From contig OX597825.1 of the NCBI GenBank assembly GCA_951406725.2, positions 65,348,001-65,412,000 on the forward strand: a stretch of DNA of 64,000 nucleotides. Direction: 5' to 3'. The DNA is from Octopus vulgaris. Lineage: Eukaryota. Both the position numbers and the translations under genes were made by a program. Below are positions 1-13,026 of this stretch, piece by piece. The stretch's first letter is position 1. Each line of letters opens with the position of its first letter. The notes beneath the pieces were generated by a model. It was not told the DNA's origin, made no database searches, and saw nothing but the letters and a program-made list of their open reading frames with translations.

Positions 1-1039
1 AGTGATAACAGCTGTGCTTATATGATGTCAGTTTCTTCTACCACCGAATTATCAAGACATAAGATCTAATGTTTCTTTTAATGCTATGTCTTCGAATCTT
101 TTAATCGATAACAGTGAGATACAATCACATAAACCCCACCCTTAACTTATTAAGTTTTTATCTCTTAGTTCTGACTTCAAAACACCCAAGTCTAGTTTTA
201 CTCATTCGGGATTGATTCATTTATACATGTACACTGCTACTTATAAAATCTTAATTCACTTATACGTTTGCCGTTACACTTCCAAAACCAATAAAATGCC
301 GTCATTATGCGAACCTGTAACTCCTCTAACGTGGCTGAAATAGAAGCCAGTTCTCCATCAAATAATACCTTAACGTTTTTAAAGAGAAAATGTATTCTGG
401 ATTACTTAAACTTACAGAGTGTTATGGATGAAACTCTTCAAATTGGTCACTAGTAGAAGGCTTCTGATCACAAGTCTACTCATTCAGAGCTGATCAGTGG
501 TTCAAAAACAACAGTAACGGCCAGCACAATAGAATATCGAATAAAAAGGTGTTATGGCATTCTAACTTTCTAAGTCTCCTTTCCATGAACACTACAAGTG
601 TCAAATTGGTGTCACGTAGATTTGGCCACAGAAGTTCTTCTCAAACTTTTTAACTTTACACTCTTCAACGTCACCTTGCTACAAGTCAACAATAATCTAA
701 TACACTACAACACATTATTGTCGTAAGATTGACCGCAGTTGTAAAACTATTTGCGCATAAGTAATTCCGTCAATATGACACATTAAAACAACATTTTGAT
801 CATTATATCACACGATAATTTACACACAGACTAAGAACTCGGGCTATTTTGAAAAATGTATCCATCACCCCACTTTGGCCATTGTACCCGTATAAAATTT
901 TCCACCGTACACTTTGAGAAATACTAGATCCCGTTTCGCGTATAATTATGAGAACACTATCACATCATCGCAGCTGTATCCGGAAATAAAGTTCAGAAAA
1001 TACATTTGCTCTCATGGTTCTGAATACACCCAAGGATCT

Positions 1040-1503
1040 CCAACGCTACTATTGCCATATTTCTTTTGAAATTCGCTCTTTTGTTTTAAATAATTTTGAA
1101 AATAGTGAAGAATAGTGGAGGCGCAATGGCCCAGTGGTTAGGGCAGCGGACTTGCGGTCGGAGGATCGCGGTTTCGATTCCCAGACCGGGCGTTGTGTGT
1201 GTTTATTGAGCGAAAACACCTAAAAGCTCCACGAGGCTCCGGCAGGGGATGGTGGTGATCCCTGCTGTACTCTTTCACCACTCTAAAGGCGGTGCTCCAG
1301 AATGGCCACAGTTAAATGACTGAAACAAGTACAAAAAAAAAAAACTAGTAAAATAAGCTTGTGGTTTTAAGCTGGTGTTTGGAACATAAATTAGCATGAC
1401 TTTTGGGGGGAGAATCTTGATTCAGATCGCTTTAAAACAGTATTGTATCATAAAATCAGAGGCTGGCTGCGGGCTTAGCAATCATATCCGAAACGGTTGT
1501 TAA
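1040..1503. mobile_element. Degenerate MITE-like DNA-transposon remnant interrupted by a SINE
   Basis: The flanks (ccatatttcttttgaaatt...aatagtgaagaatagt | tagtaaaataagc...gctggtgtttggaacataaatt...aaacggttgttaa) read as one continuous element that I recall as a common octopus TTAA-ended repeat. tagt is duplicated around the SINE. TIRs are eroded. Confidence 0.3.
1116..1344 (+). mobile_element. tRNA-derived SINE, chimeric (family A head and body, family B tail)
   Basis: A box TGGCCCAGTGG and B box GTTTCGATTCC. 1116-1281 matches the reverse complement of 63258-63420. 1284-1331 (taaaggcggtgctccagaatggccacagttaaatgactgaaacaagt) matches the family B tail, followed by poly(A). Confidence 0.85.
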
Positions 1504-2167
1504 GAAATTGAATGTCAGATTTGTAATACTATGGAAGTTACATGTCATTTTGCAGAATCTCAAGCAAATTGCAAATATTTTTGAAAATACGGCACGAAAC
1601 TTTATTAGGAAACACAGAAAATGACCATAAGTTGTGACCTTATTACATATGCTATGGTATACATATATTTGTGTCTAACTACCCAGTGTTCTTTGAATAT
1701 ATTTCTGCGTTGTTAAATAGTTCTCTTCGCATACACGAGGCCTCGCAAGAAGAATTTCATTATAGCTTTACATGTAACTCAATAAACAGAAGCGAAACCC
1801 ATGGAACTAGTGACAAAATATGAAAGGAATAGAAAATAAGGTCAGTGAGAAATTTCTTGAAGTCAGCAGTTTGTTTCCTGAAATCATGCATAACAATATT
1901 AAAGCAAGAACTCTTTTCAGTACAACGGTGCATTGTTTGAGGTCGATTCAGAAAATGCAAACAGTGTAAAATTATACACCATACACGAAAATAGGAAATA
2001 GCGAAAATTTCGGAAACTGATTCCCATCGGTAAATATCATAAGAATTATCCATTCTTCATCTAAGAACTAAAAGATTAAAAAATATATATTTGTGAAGTG
2101 AAACGTTATGCGGAAAAGTATTATCACTTCAGCTAGAGAATTCAATTTGAAATTATCGATACAAACG

Positions 2168-2171
2168 TGTA

Positions 2172-2228
<57 letters not shown>

Positions 2229-2230
2229 AG

Positions 2231-2264
<34 letters not shown>

Positions 2265-2591
2265 ATATGTATGCATGTATGTATGTATGTGTATATGTAT
2301 GTAAATATACATATATATATGCATATATATACGTAAATACATACATACATACACATATATCTATTTATACATATATATATACATATATACATTTATACAT
2401 ATATATAGATACATGTATATATATATGCATGTATGCATATATATATACATACATATACATATATGTATGTATATATGTATGTGTGTATGTACATCCCTAT
2501 ATATATGCATATATATACGTATATACACACATACACATATATTTATTTATACATATATATATACATATATATGTATGTATGTATGTATGTA

Positions 2592-2648
<57 letters not shown>
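2168..2648. repeat. Compound (TA)n/(TATG)n/(TACA)n microsatellite
   Basis: Directly visible. Confidence 0.95.
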
Positions 2649-3454
2649 CACAATGATACAAAGTTCGCGGAGAATTTTAGGTATTCTTTATTAAAATTAA
2701 ATAACCTGAAGATTGGGTGTATTCATAAAAAACTAGATTCAAAACCAAATTCGGTTGCGTGAAGCGAAAGAGAGACTAATATCCGTCACTTCTATGGATG
2801 CTACTTCTATTTTCGCAAGTTATACTCCTAGAAACAAAGTGAATATATTTTTGCTGTTAGCGAAATTGCACAAAATAACAAAAAAAAATCAATGTTCTGC
2901 CCTTGAGGAAAAGTAGACGTCTGCAATAGCTTATGAATTTGTGACCAGTCTATTAGAATTTCACCAACTTGCACATCTCAGATAAAATATTGGATTCTTC
3001 AATCATTTGACATTAAATTGCATCATATTACTAACATTGCTCTTCTCTCTATTGCCATGGGATATAAGTGTGTACGTGAGTCCGTGTGTACGTGTGTACG
3101 TGTGTCCGTGTGTACGTCTGTGTATGTATGTACGCACGTATGTATGTATGTATGTATGTAAGTATGTATGTATGTATACATGTATGTATGAATGTATGTA
3201 TTTATGTATGTCTACTCATGTCTGAAATAGTTATACACAGCTACTCTTACATACAAAAGTACGGTTTACATACGTGTCGTATACATTTATATATACATGT
3301 ATATACACAAATTTGTATACACACTAACGCAGATTCATACAAGTATAATTATATATGAATACGTACACACACAGGCAAATATTTTTGCATATATATCAAT
3401 GTACATATGTATGCACACATAGCCATACATGCATTTATACATATATACATGCAT

Positions 3455-3712
3455 CATCATTATCATTGTTCGACCGTGGTCGAGACAATGGAATTTACCA
3501 TGCTACGCCAGACTTCACGGTCCATCATAGCATTACGGAGGTCCTGTTGCTGGATGCCTGTATCCCTGGAGATTACATCAGGGTAGGAGAGTGTGCGCCC
3601 TCTGGTATTGCGAGTAGATGGCTTCCAGAGGAGAAGAGTAGAAATTACCTCTTTTTCAGCTCTACAACAATGTCCAGCAAACTGGACTCTCTTATTCTTC
3701 ACAAGAGATGAC
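3455..3712 (-). mobile_element. RTE-clade LINE, 5'-truncated 3' end
   Basis: Translates to KRVQFAGHCCRAEKEVISTLLLWKP..RGRTLSYPDVISRDTG..DLRNAMMDREVWR, the RTE C-terminal pattern. Stop at 3463-3465, then a (TGA)n-type tail. Candidate TSD acatgcat at 3447-3454 and 3713-3720. Confidence 0.85.
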
Positions 3713-4582
3713 ACATGCATACACACACATACATACACACATACATAAACACATAATGCACACACGCATACATATATACATTCATACATACATACACACA
3801 TACATACACACCTAAATACATACATACATACATACATATATACATATATATACATACATACATACATATATACATACATACATACATGCATACATACATA
3901 CATATATACATATATACATACATATATACATACATACATACATGCATACATACATATATACATACATACATGCATACATGCATACATACATACATATATA
4001 CATACATACATACATACATACATATATGCATACATACTTACATACGTACATACGTACAAACATACATACATACTTACATGCATACATACATACATACATA
4101 CTTACATACATACATATTTACATGCATACATACATACGTACATACATACATGCATACCTACATACATATATACATATATACATACGTATATACATACATG
4201 CATACATACATACATATATACATGCATACATACATACATACATACATACATACATACATACATACATACATACATACATACATACATACATACATACATA
4301 CATACATACATACATACATGCATGCATACATACATACATGCATACATACATATATACATACATACTTACATACATACATACATACGTACATACATACATA
4401 CATGCATACCTACATACATACATACATACATTCATACATACATACGTACGTACGTACATACATACATACATACATGCATGCATACATACATACATACATA
4501 CATACACACATACATACATACATGCATACATACATACACACACATACATACATACATACATACATACTTACATACGTACACG
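3713..4582. repeat. Long imperfect (TACA)n microsatellite
   Basis: Directly visible. Degenerate CA/TA tracts continue at 4866-5485. Confidence 0.95.
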
Positions 4583-4635
4583 CACTGCTCGCTCCTTTGT
4601 GCCATTCGCTCGACGTCATGTGCTTGTCATGGAAT

Positions 4636-4850
4636 TACTCTGAACGTAAAGAGCTGGAACAAATAACGCAAAGCATTTGGTGCAACGCTCTGACAATTCC
4701 ATCAGTCCACCGCACCAGACCGCCACTCTGTTTTATCGACCTGAGAAGGATAAAAGGCAAAACAGACTCCACTGGGATTTGAGCTCAGAATGTAAAGAGC
4801 CGGAACAAATACCACAAGGCAGTTTGTCTGACGCTCTACTGATTCAGCTT
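4636..4850 (-). mobile_element. Degenerate family C SINE pieces (two)
   Basis: ttttatcgacctgagaaggataaaaggcaaa...gatttgagctcagaatgtaaag resembles the family C core on the minus strand. Confidence 0.55.
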
Positions 4851-5522
4851 CTTTGCTGCTTAACATACCCACGTGCACGTGTACATGCACGTATACACAC
4901 ACACACACACACACAAGCACACAGACATACATAAACATACTCACGCAAACATGCGTACATGTGTATCTTGGAAGACATACACATATGTACGGTATTCAAA
5001 CATATACACACATATATACCCACACAAAAACACAAACACACACATGTATGTACGTATATACATACATACACACATGTATGTATACATACACACATGTATG
5101 TATGTATACACACACACTTATATGCACGAATACACGCATATGCACACACGCACACATGTATATGTATGCATACGCACGCATACATGTGTGTACGAAAATA
5201 CACACATACACACACATGCTTACGTAAACTCATAAACACATGTATATGTACGTATACACACACTCATATGTAGGTATACAAACACTTACACATACGCAAA
5301 TATACACATGTATATGTACTTAGACATACACACACAAACTCACATGTGTAATTACATATATACACTGACATGTGTTCGTATACACGCACATACACATTCT
5401 CACACAAACATACACATAAGCACTTCAACATGCACATACATACTTACACAAACTCACACAAAAACACTCACAAATGTATGCATGTGTATTTCCGCATTAC
5501 ATCATTATATGCCTGTCTATGA

Positions 5523-5732
5523 GGCGGCGAGCTGGCAGAATCATTAGCACGCCAGGCAAAATGCTTAGCGGCATTACGTCCGTCTTTGCGCTCTGGGTTC
5601 AAATACCGCTGAGGTCGGCATTGACTTTCATCCTTTGAAGATCAAAAAAGTAAATAAATGCTGAATACTTGTAATCGACTTTCCCCCTGCCCCTAAACTT
5701 CAATCCTTGTGCCTATAGAAGATAGGATTATT
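5523..5732 (+). mobile_element. Family C SINE (tRNA head plus Meta/MESC-like core)
   Basis: ggcggcgagctggcagaatcattagcacgcc...gttcaaataccgctgaggtcg...tttcatccttt, shared with many copies in the window. Confidence 0.8.
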
Positions 5733-5829
5733 GTATATGTGCCTGAATGTATGTATTCCCGTCCGTGTTTTTTGTGTCGTCTTCTAAATGTTTCACGTTC
5801 TTGTCCCAGTCTGTATATTTTTTTACTTT

Positions 5830-5895
<66 letters not shown>

Positions 5896-5918
5896 TTTAT
5901 AAATGTATAGAGAGAATG

Positions 5919-6691
5919 TAAAACTCTATGGATTTCCGTCAATTTCGACGATGTATTTCCTAGTCATTCAATCTACCAAACTACCCACTGAGAGTATATT
6001 TGGTTAAATATGTCACAGACACGTGAAACCGAATCTAGTCTTCAGGTGGAATTAGACTGACACACTATGTGAAAAGTCAGTCAGGGCCATTAAATTACAG
6101 GCACTTCCATCGAACGAGCTTCCGCACAGTTTCCATATAACGATTTTCATTCACAAGTCTTGAGTCCTTCCGAAGTAGAAAAAAAACATTGGAAAAAGAA
6201 CTTGCTCAAAATGCAGTCAGCTCGAACACGAGTTTTAAAGGTTACGAAGAGAACTACCTAATGACACAGCCATATCCACCGAGAGAGAGTAGTGGGTAGT
6301 TAGATACAAAACTCTAGGGACTTCTGTCGATTTTGATTTTGAGATTTCAGTCATTCGATCTACCGAACTACCTACGCATTGACCCAGAGTATATTTGACT
6401 GAATATTCCACAGAAACGTGTAACCCCAATGTAATCCTCAGGTGGCGTCAGCGTGACACACTATGTGAGAAGCCGGGCCATTAAATTACAGACACTTCCA
6501 TCGAACGAGCTTCCTCACAGTTTCCATATAACCCATTTTCATTCACAAGTTTTGGGTCCTTCTGAAGTAAAAATGAAAATGAAAAAAAGAATGATTTGCT
6601 CAAGGTGCAGCGCAGTCAGATCGAAACCGTGTTTTCATGGTTACGAAGAGAATTATTTAACGACAGAGTCATATGCACCGAGATAAAGTGG
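5919..6691. repeat. Diverged tandem duplication of a ~390-bp unit made of old SINE pieces
   Basis: 5919-6296 and 6308-6691 are colinear. Both contain gggccattaaattacag..acttccatcgaacgagcttcc.cacagtttccatataac and ggttacgaagagaa. Confidence 0.85.
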
Positions 6692-7029
6692 GAGGGAGGG
6701 AACGAGAGGGAAGTGGGTTGTTAGACACAAACATATGCATACCATAACAAATGTAATACGTCACCGTTTATGTTCATTCTCTGTTGCTTTTATTAATGTA
6801 ATTTATTTGAGATTCTGTAAATTGACACGTAACTCCATACTAAATACAGACAAATGTCATAGCTTCTGTTTTTGTTCTTATTGTTTAAATTTTATCTTGG
6901 CGTTAAGAAATGCGAGCACTTGTCATCGCACCAATCCTTTAGTAATCATGTTACAAAATTGTGATTTAAAAAAAAAAAGAATCGGTCGTCAATCAGAATC
7001 TGACATCATATTCAGCTTTATTCTTTTAC

Positions 7030-7210
7030 TCTGTTATTTGGTTCATTTATTACGTTGTGTCCGTGCTAGAGTACAGCCTTGAAATTGATCGAATCGAGTG
7101 CAGTGTTTATTTTAAATATTGGCTACTCTATGTCGAACTACTATGCTATGCGAACGTAAAAAATACCAGCACCGTTTGTCAATGGAGAGAGCGATAAACA
7201 TAAACACACA
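7030..7210 (-). mobile_element. Degenerate family B SINE 3' part
   Basis: ttcttttact...gtcgaactactatgctatgcgaacgtaaaaaataccagcaccgtttgtcaa matches the family B 3' half. Confidence 0.55.
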
Positions 7211-7421
7211 CAGGTACACATACCTTCGTGCCTATACAAAGAAATAAGTTTAAAAGCTTTTCTTGACGTGACCAAATGTACTTGGTTATACATCACAGTG
7301 ACTGATGGAATCCACCGCTTCTAAAAATATACAGCTATGAGTATGTGTGCATGTGTATATGTGTATATATGTATATGTGTATTTATGTACATATACCTTC
7401 ATTTAAATCTATATACCTGAT

Positions 7422-7423
7422 TG

Positions 7424-7483
<60 letters not shown>

Positions 7484-7521
7484 ATAGGTAGGTAGATAGG
7501 TAGATAGATAGATAGATAGAC

Positions 7522-7571
<50 letters not shown>

Positions 7572-7604
7572 GTAGGTAGGTAGGTAGGTAGGTAGGTAGG
7601 TAGG

Positions 7605-7670
<66 letters not shown>
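7422..7670. repeat. (GATA)n/(GGTA)n microsatellite
   Basis: Directly visible. Confidence 0.95.
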
Positions 7671-8390
7671 CTCAGCTTGCCTTTAAACCATAAGTTTCGC
7701 CTATCATCATAAGAGGTGGGCTGACGATAAAAAAACGTTACCTCTGTTGTTATAATTACCAGATGATCCTACTAGAACACTCAGTCAATGGACAATGTTG
7801 TCTCCATTGTTGATAGAACACATCCTTCAAGAGGCACTTTCCGTCTACAGCTCGTATTTGCTTTCGTATCGATAAACCATAGAAGAATATTGTACTTTTC
7901 TGCAAGCAAAGAAGACATTCCCTTGAACCATTGATTTAAGAGATACAGAATTCAGCTGTAGACCAGCTTAGTTTAAGTGTTAATATCGTATCCGCAACGT
8001 TCTCCTTCAGATATCTACTGTATTGGAAATCAATGCGTCGTATTTTTTGATCTGTTCCGAAAATGCATGTATATAAATATACGCGTGGGTGTATATATGT
8101 TTATAAATATAAATATGTTGGGTTTTTTTTTTTGTGAGTATATGCTGTTGTGTATGTGTGTATATTGTATCTATCTACTAACCAGTGTTTTTGTTCTCTA
8201 AGTTTGATGGAATGGTTTTTCTTTTTTCAATAACAACATTGGATAGCTTTTTAGCTCGATATGTTACAATATATTTCGACATAAATTCTGACCAGTAAGT
8301 GGTATGTACCACGTAAGAACTATATTGATTCTCAGAAAAAGATGAAAAGAATCATGCACAGGATCATACACACATATAGAAGTATGTACA

Positions 8391-8810
8391 CTCTTTTACT
8401 CTTTTACTCTTTTACTTGTTTCAGTCATTTGACTGCGGCCATGCTGGAGCACCGCCTTTAGTCGAGCAAATCGACCCCGGGACTTATTCTTTTTGTAAGC
8501 CCAGTACTTATTCTATCGGTCCCTTTTTGCCGAACCGCTAAGTGACGGGGACGTAAACACACCAGCATCGGTTGTCAAGCAATGCTAGGGGACCAAACAC
8601 AGACACACAAACACGCACACATACATATATATATATATACATATATACGACAGGCTTCTTTCAGTTTCCATCTACCAAATCCACTCACAAGGCATTGGTC
8701 GGCCCGGGGCTATAGCAGAAGACACTTGCCCAAGATGCCACGCAGTAGGACTGAACCCGGAACCATGTGGTTGGTTAGCAAGCTACTTACCACACAGCCA
8801 CTCCTGCGCC
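8391..8810 (-). mobile_element. Family B SINE, full length (tRNA head, CORE-like domain, internal TA/TG tract, (GTAAAAGA)n tail)
   Basis: Reverse complement begins ggcgcaggagtggctgtgtggtaagtagc..gggttcagtcc..cttgggcaagtgtcttc and ends gtcaaatgactgaaacaagtaaaagagtaaaagag. Homologous to 12594, 18229, 41881 and 62060. Confidence 0.92.
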
Positions 8811-8845
8811 TATGTGTGTGTGTGGTGTATGTATTTAATTGTATC

Positions 8846-9041
8846 ATCCAGACGAACGGTTGTTGTTATACACCGCTAGTCACAATGCGCTTTCTAGCAT
8901 TGCTGTAGTACCTATTTACTGCAGAATGGACAGGAGATATGTGCAAGAAGTGTTTTACTCAAGAACATAACCCAACGCCGGTTTGTAAATCGAAACCACT
9001 ATGTTGCGACTGTGAGCGCAATGCACTAACCCCTAGACCAC
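8846..9041 (-). mobile_element. Degenerate tRNA-SINE (family D-like head, family A-like tail)
   Basis: aaatcgaaaccac...gcactaacccctagaccac head. cgctagtcacaatgcgct matches the family A tail at 63158-63176. Confidence 0.55.
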
Positions 9042-9117
9042 ACACACACACGCACACAGACACACACATATATATGTAGGTAAAGAGAAAAATAACGAAT
9101 CCACCCGACTTTGATCA

Positions 9118-9190
9118 ACTACATACGCGTTTCTGGGTTAAATAGATGTAAAATTTTATTGTTACTCACTTATTACCGTTTCAGTATAGT
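9118..9190 (-). ncRNA. Degenerate minimal hammerhead-like motif
   Basis: Minus strand reads actata-CTGAaac...aaccca-GAAAC-GC-GTA-tgtagt. It has a 6-bp stem I (one G-U) and a palindromic stem III ACGCGT. The CUGANGA core is damaged. Confidence 0.4.
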
Positions 9191-9427
9191 ATTTCATTTA
9201 TAAATTTGAGAGTACTAATAATTAAAATATGTATTCGACCTAGCGACATCAAATAGCTAACATCCGAAAAATCAGTACTTCCGAATTTATACAGAAGAGT
9301 GAGGACTCGCATTCTTTCCCAATCACCCACGTGTGTTACGAGTAGTTATTATTGATATATATACATATATATATGTGCCCCAGCATGGCCACAGCTCGTG
9401 AGCTGAAACTAGAATCAATCGATCATA

Positions 9428-9740
9428 TAATAAAATATTAGGTAATAAATCCAAACTTACAGGGAAAAATCAGATTTAGGATTAAATCCAATTTTATAGT
9501 AAAATATATTATATTATGTTATATTAAATTAGAGATAAAACCACTATTAGGCAAATCAAACAATGAAAAACATAAGCCAATACATAAAATTAATTAATTT
9601 ATATTATTTTAAATATATATCAAAAGTATTAAAAGTTTAATAAAAGATAAAGAGTAAAACTCTACGATCGTTTCATGGCTGTACAATTCGTAATAATTCG
9701 AGTTATGGTTACAGTCAATCTTCAGGTTAATTGAAATATT
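9428..9740 (-). mobile_element. Penelope-like terminal fragment carrying a hammerhead motif (9655-9730)
   Basis: Minus strand reads CTGAAGA-TTGACTGTA...TACAGCCAT-GAAAC-GATC-GTA. Both core halves are intact, stem II pairs at 7 of 9 positions and stem III is the palindrome ACGATCGT. Stem I is poor. The PLE assignment is inferred from the motif. Confidence 0.55.
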
Positions 9741-10149
9741 ATAGAGAGAGAGGGGGAGAGAGAGAGACAGACAGACAAAGACAGAGAGAGACAGAGAAGG
9801 GTAAATGTAGAGACAAGCGAATTAGACAGATCAATATATAAAGGGTATTAAATATATGATATACAAAGAAGGTATATATGTATACATACAAAAAGGGCCA
9901 ACTTACACATTTAAAATGATATAGAGAATTAAAGGGGTGGAGGAAAAGTATTACAAATCCAACAGTTGTCTCTAGGGCCTCGGCGGTCCATATATACATT
10001 TTTTTTTATATTTCATCTATTTAATACACTCTATATATTTATCTAATTCGTTTATGCTTACATTTACCTCCACACCCACTCAAGTTTAAATCTCTTGAGC
10101 GCTACAAAGTGTATTCTATACGGAAAATATTTGGATCACATCTATGAAC

Positions 10150-10180
<31 letters not shown>

Positions 10181-10389
10181 GAGATATTTCGAGTTAAAAG
10201 AACAGTGTTTACTTAAGTCTACACATGCGGTGGTGACTAATACATAATATGTGTGTGTGTGTGTGTGTGTATGTGTGTGTGTGTACATGCAAATATAGTA
10301 ACCGACGTTGCTCATTTTTTATCTTTACTCGAATTGCTTGAAAGGGAGCACATGTGAGAATATAAGAGAGCAGTTACGGTGTAGTATTA

Positions 10390-10832
10390 TTGATTTCAAC
10401 GTTTGGCTCCAGGACTGCAATTTTGGGAGAGGACCAATTTTGGGTTAGTCGATTACATCAACCCCAGTGCTAAAATGGTGCTTATTTTATTGACCCCAAA
10501 ATGATGAAACACAAAGTCAACCTCGGTGGAATTCGAACTCGGACGAAATGTTGCAGCTAAGCATTTTGTCTAGCGTGCTACGAATTTTCTCAGATCACCT
10601 CCCTTTCAGTGTAGCAACAATGATTTCAAATTTTAACACAAGGCCAGCAATTTCGGGGACAGATTAAGTCGATTGAAACGACCCCAGTACTCAACTGTTA
10701 CATATTTTATCGATCCTGAAAGGATGAAATGCAAACTCAACCACGGCGGAATTTGAACTCAGAACCTGAAGATGGACGAAATGCCGCTAAGCGTTTTGCT
10801 CGGGGTGCTAGCGATTCTGTACGCTCGCCGCC
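10390..10832 (-). mobile_element. Two tandem family C SINEs
   Basis: 10390-10603 and 10620-10832 each contain gtcgatt..accccagt..ttttatcga..gatgaaa..gaactc. The second ends in ctcgccgcc. Confidence 0.85.
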
Positions 10833-11129
10833 TTAAAACTGAACACTATGTATTGAGTGCATGTGTCTTACAATTGGAAATGAACACAAACGGACATATG
10901 TATGTATATACCACAGAAAACAAGATTCATTGCTGAATATAATATACATGTAAATATGAAAAGTATGCAGGAAGTAATGGCAGCATTCGAACACAGTTTT
11001 AAATTAGCTCTGGCTGTGTAGTTATGTACAGACTAAAACAATCAAAATACCTTGCAATGTCGTTGCTATTTCTGCAATTTCCTGCCTTACCATAAAGTAA
11101 CTGCAATGCTTTAGTGTTTTGGGGAATAA

Positions 11130-11291
11130 GGTGTGTGTGTGTGTCTGTATATATATGTATATATATATATATATATATATACAGAGAGAGAGAGAGATAA
11201 AATATATATATTTATTTATTTATTTACGAATGTGTATGTATATATATATTTACGTGTGTGTGTATATATATTTATTTATTTACGTAATGTG

Positions 11292-11356
<65 letters not shown>

Positions 11357-11646
11357 ATGTATGTATGTATGTATGTAGGCATGTATTTTTTACTTACGTA
11401 TTTATGTATACATATACATATACATATACACATACACATGTATGGATACTATATCAAAATATGGAACCTTAAAAGCATTTTTTCCATAATATATATACAT
11501 ATATATATATACCTGCACATATTTATATTCATACATACATACAAACATGTATATATGTGTGTGTGTGTGTGTGTGTGAGTGTATGTGTGTGTGTATCCGT
11601 GTGTATGTGCGTGTGTATTCATACACACACACACATATGCGTGTGA
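11130..11646. repeat. Compound (TG)n/(TA)n microsatellite
   Basis: Directly visible. Confidence 0.9.
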
Positions 11647-12440
11647 CTAATTTTGTGATATCGCAAAAGTTCGATGGTGTAATTGGTGTCACGATATTTT
11701 ATTTAGACTCAGAGCAAACATAACTCTTTCCGTCGTTCGTCTTGTTAGGATTTGATACTGAGTGCATGAAAATACACTTGCTATAAAACTACAAAATCGT
11801 TCCTGATTAATATGGATTGTAATTGATTCCCGAGAGAGAAGTGTGAGTAAATATACGATCAGCTATAATCGTTTCGTATTACTCATAGAGATAAGACTAT
11901 TATTTATTTTTTCGTTTTTAATACATTATCGTAAAGGGCGCGTTCTTGTTATCCTGAGCTACTTACTTTAATATTTCTTTGGGGAATAATCTTAGGCAAT
12001 TTTTTCACAATTTTCCCACATGATATTCCTGTGAGGTTAGGACACACAGGATGAATATAAACTCATATTTCATTGCAGAAGTCAGAATAGCCATGTTTAT
12101 AAACAAGATACGTTTAATAAAGCCCTGAAAGATAAATACAGCACGCAACATGTTCTTGAGAGATATGACTTTACTCTGAGAAAATGCTGGTTTTACAGAC
12201 ATTTCATATTAAAAATGGCTAATGTCTTCATTAAATTTTATGTTTACCCGTTTCAGCATATCCTAGCTGCGATTTGGTTTTCTTCAGTAGTATCTCCTCT
12301 ATTTCAAATATTTGGCTCGCGGTATCCAGTTGCCTTGCGTTTATTACACTCGTCTCGAAAGACCAGCAAAAGAGGATGGGCATTCCCTTTCTGATCAAAC
12401 TCGATATGCCTGCACCATGTTTCTTAAGCCAATAAAACTG

Positions 12441-12535
12441 ATAATGTAATATAATATAATATAATATAATATAATATAATATAATATAATGTAATATAAT
12501 ATAATATGATATAAGATAATAATATGTATTATAAT
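12441..12535. repeat. (ATAAT)n microsatellite
   Basis: Directly visible. Confidence 0.9.
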
Positions 12536-12593
12536 ACAATAGTGATTAATATAATTTCTACTTCCGTGAATTCTCATGATTAAAATGGTTATA

Positions 12594-12998
12594 ACAGGAG
12601 TGGATGTGTGGTAAGTAGCTTGTTTACCAACCACATTGTTCCGGGTTCAGTCCCACTGCGTGGCACCTTGGGCAAGTGTCTCTACTATAGCCTCGGGCCG
12701 ACGAAAGCCTTGTGAGTGGATTTGGTAGACGGAAACTGAAAGAAGCCCGTCGTATATATGTATATATATTTATGTGTGCGTGTATGTTTGTGTGTCTGTG
12801 TTTGTCCCATCCAACATCGCTTGACAACAGATGCTGGTGTGTTTATGTCCCCGTCACCTAGCGGTTCGGCAAAAGAGACCGATAGAATAAGTACTGGGCT
12901 TACAAAGAATAAGTCCTGGGGTCGAGTTTCTTGATTTAAGGCGGTGCTCCAGCATGGCCGCAGTCAAATGACTGAAACAAGTAAAAGATTAAAGAGTA
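12594..12998 (+). mobile_element. Family B SINE, full length
   Basis: caggagtggatgtgtggtaagtagc...ccttgggcaagtgtc...ggcggtgctccagcatggccgcagtcaaatgactgaaacaagtaaaag. Confidence 0.92.
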
Positions 12999-13026
12999 TA
13001 GCACCTTCTAGAGGAAGAGTCGCATA

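Noticed and set aside
1116-1190. tRNA gene-like sequence (also at 32453, 40703 and 63345-63420)
   Set aside because: The A/B boxes continue into SINE bodies and tails, with no proper acceptor stem or terminator. These are SINE heads, not tRNA genes.
2780-2975. Mariner-like peptide traces (FPQGQNID here, LLYSPEPA near 33680-33705)
   Set aside because: These are single short degenerate motifs without TIRs, too weak to call.
2142-5547. Many long overlapping ORFs (HTYI, MYVC and YIYI repeats), also at 20.5, 33.8, 44, 49.5 and 58.6 kb
   Set aside because: They are stop-free translations of TA, TG and TACA microsatellites with no coding signal.
5945-6047. Minus-strand CTGAAGA...GAAAT hammerhead-like arrangement
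   Set aside because: It lies in a decayed SINE body, has no palindromic stem III or stem I, and is not preserved in the tandem duplicate.
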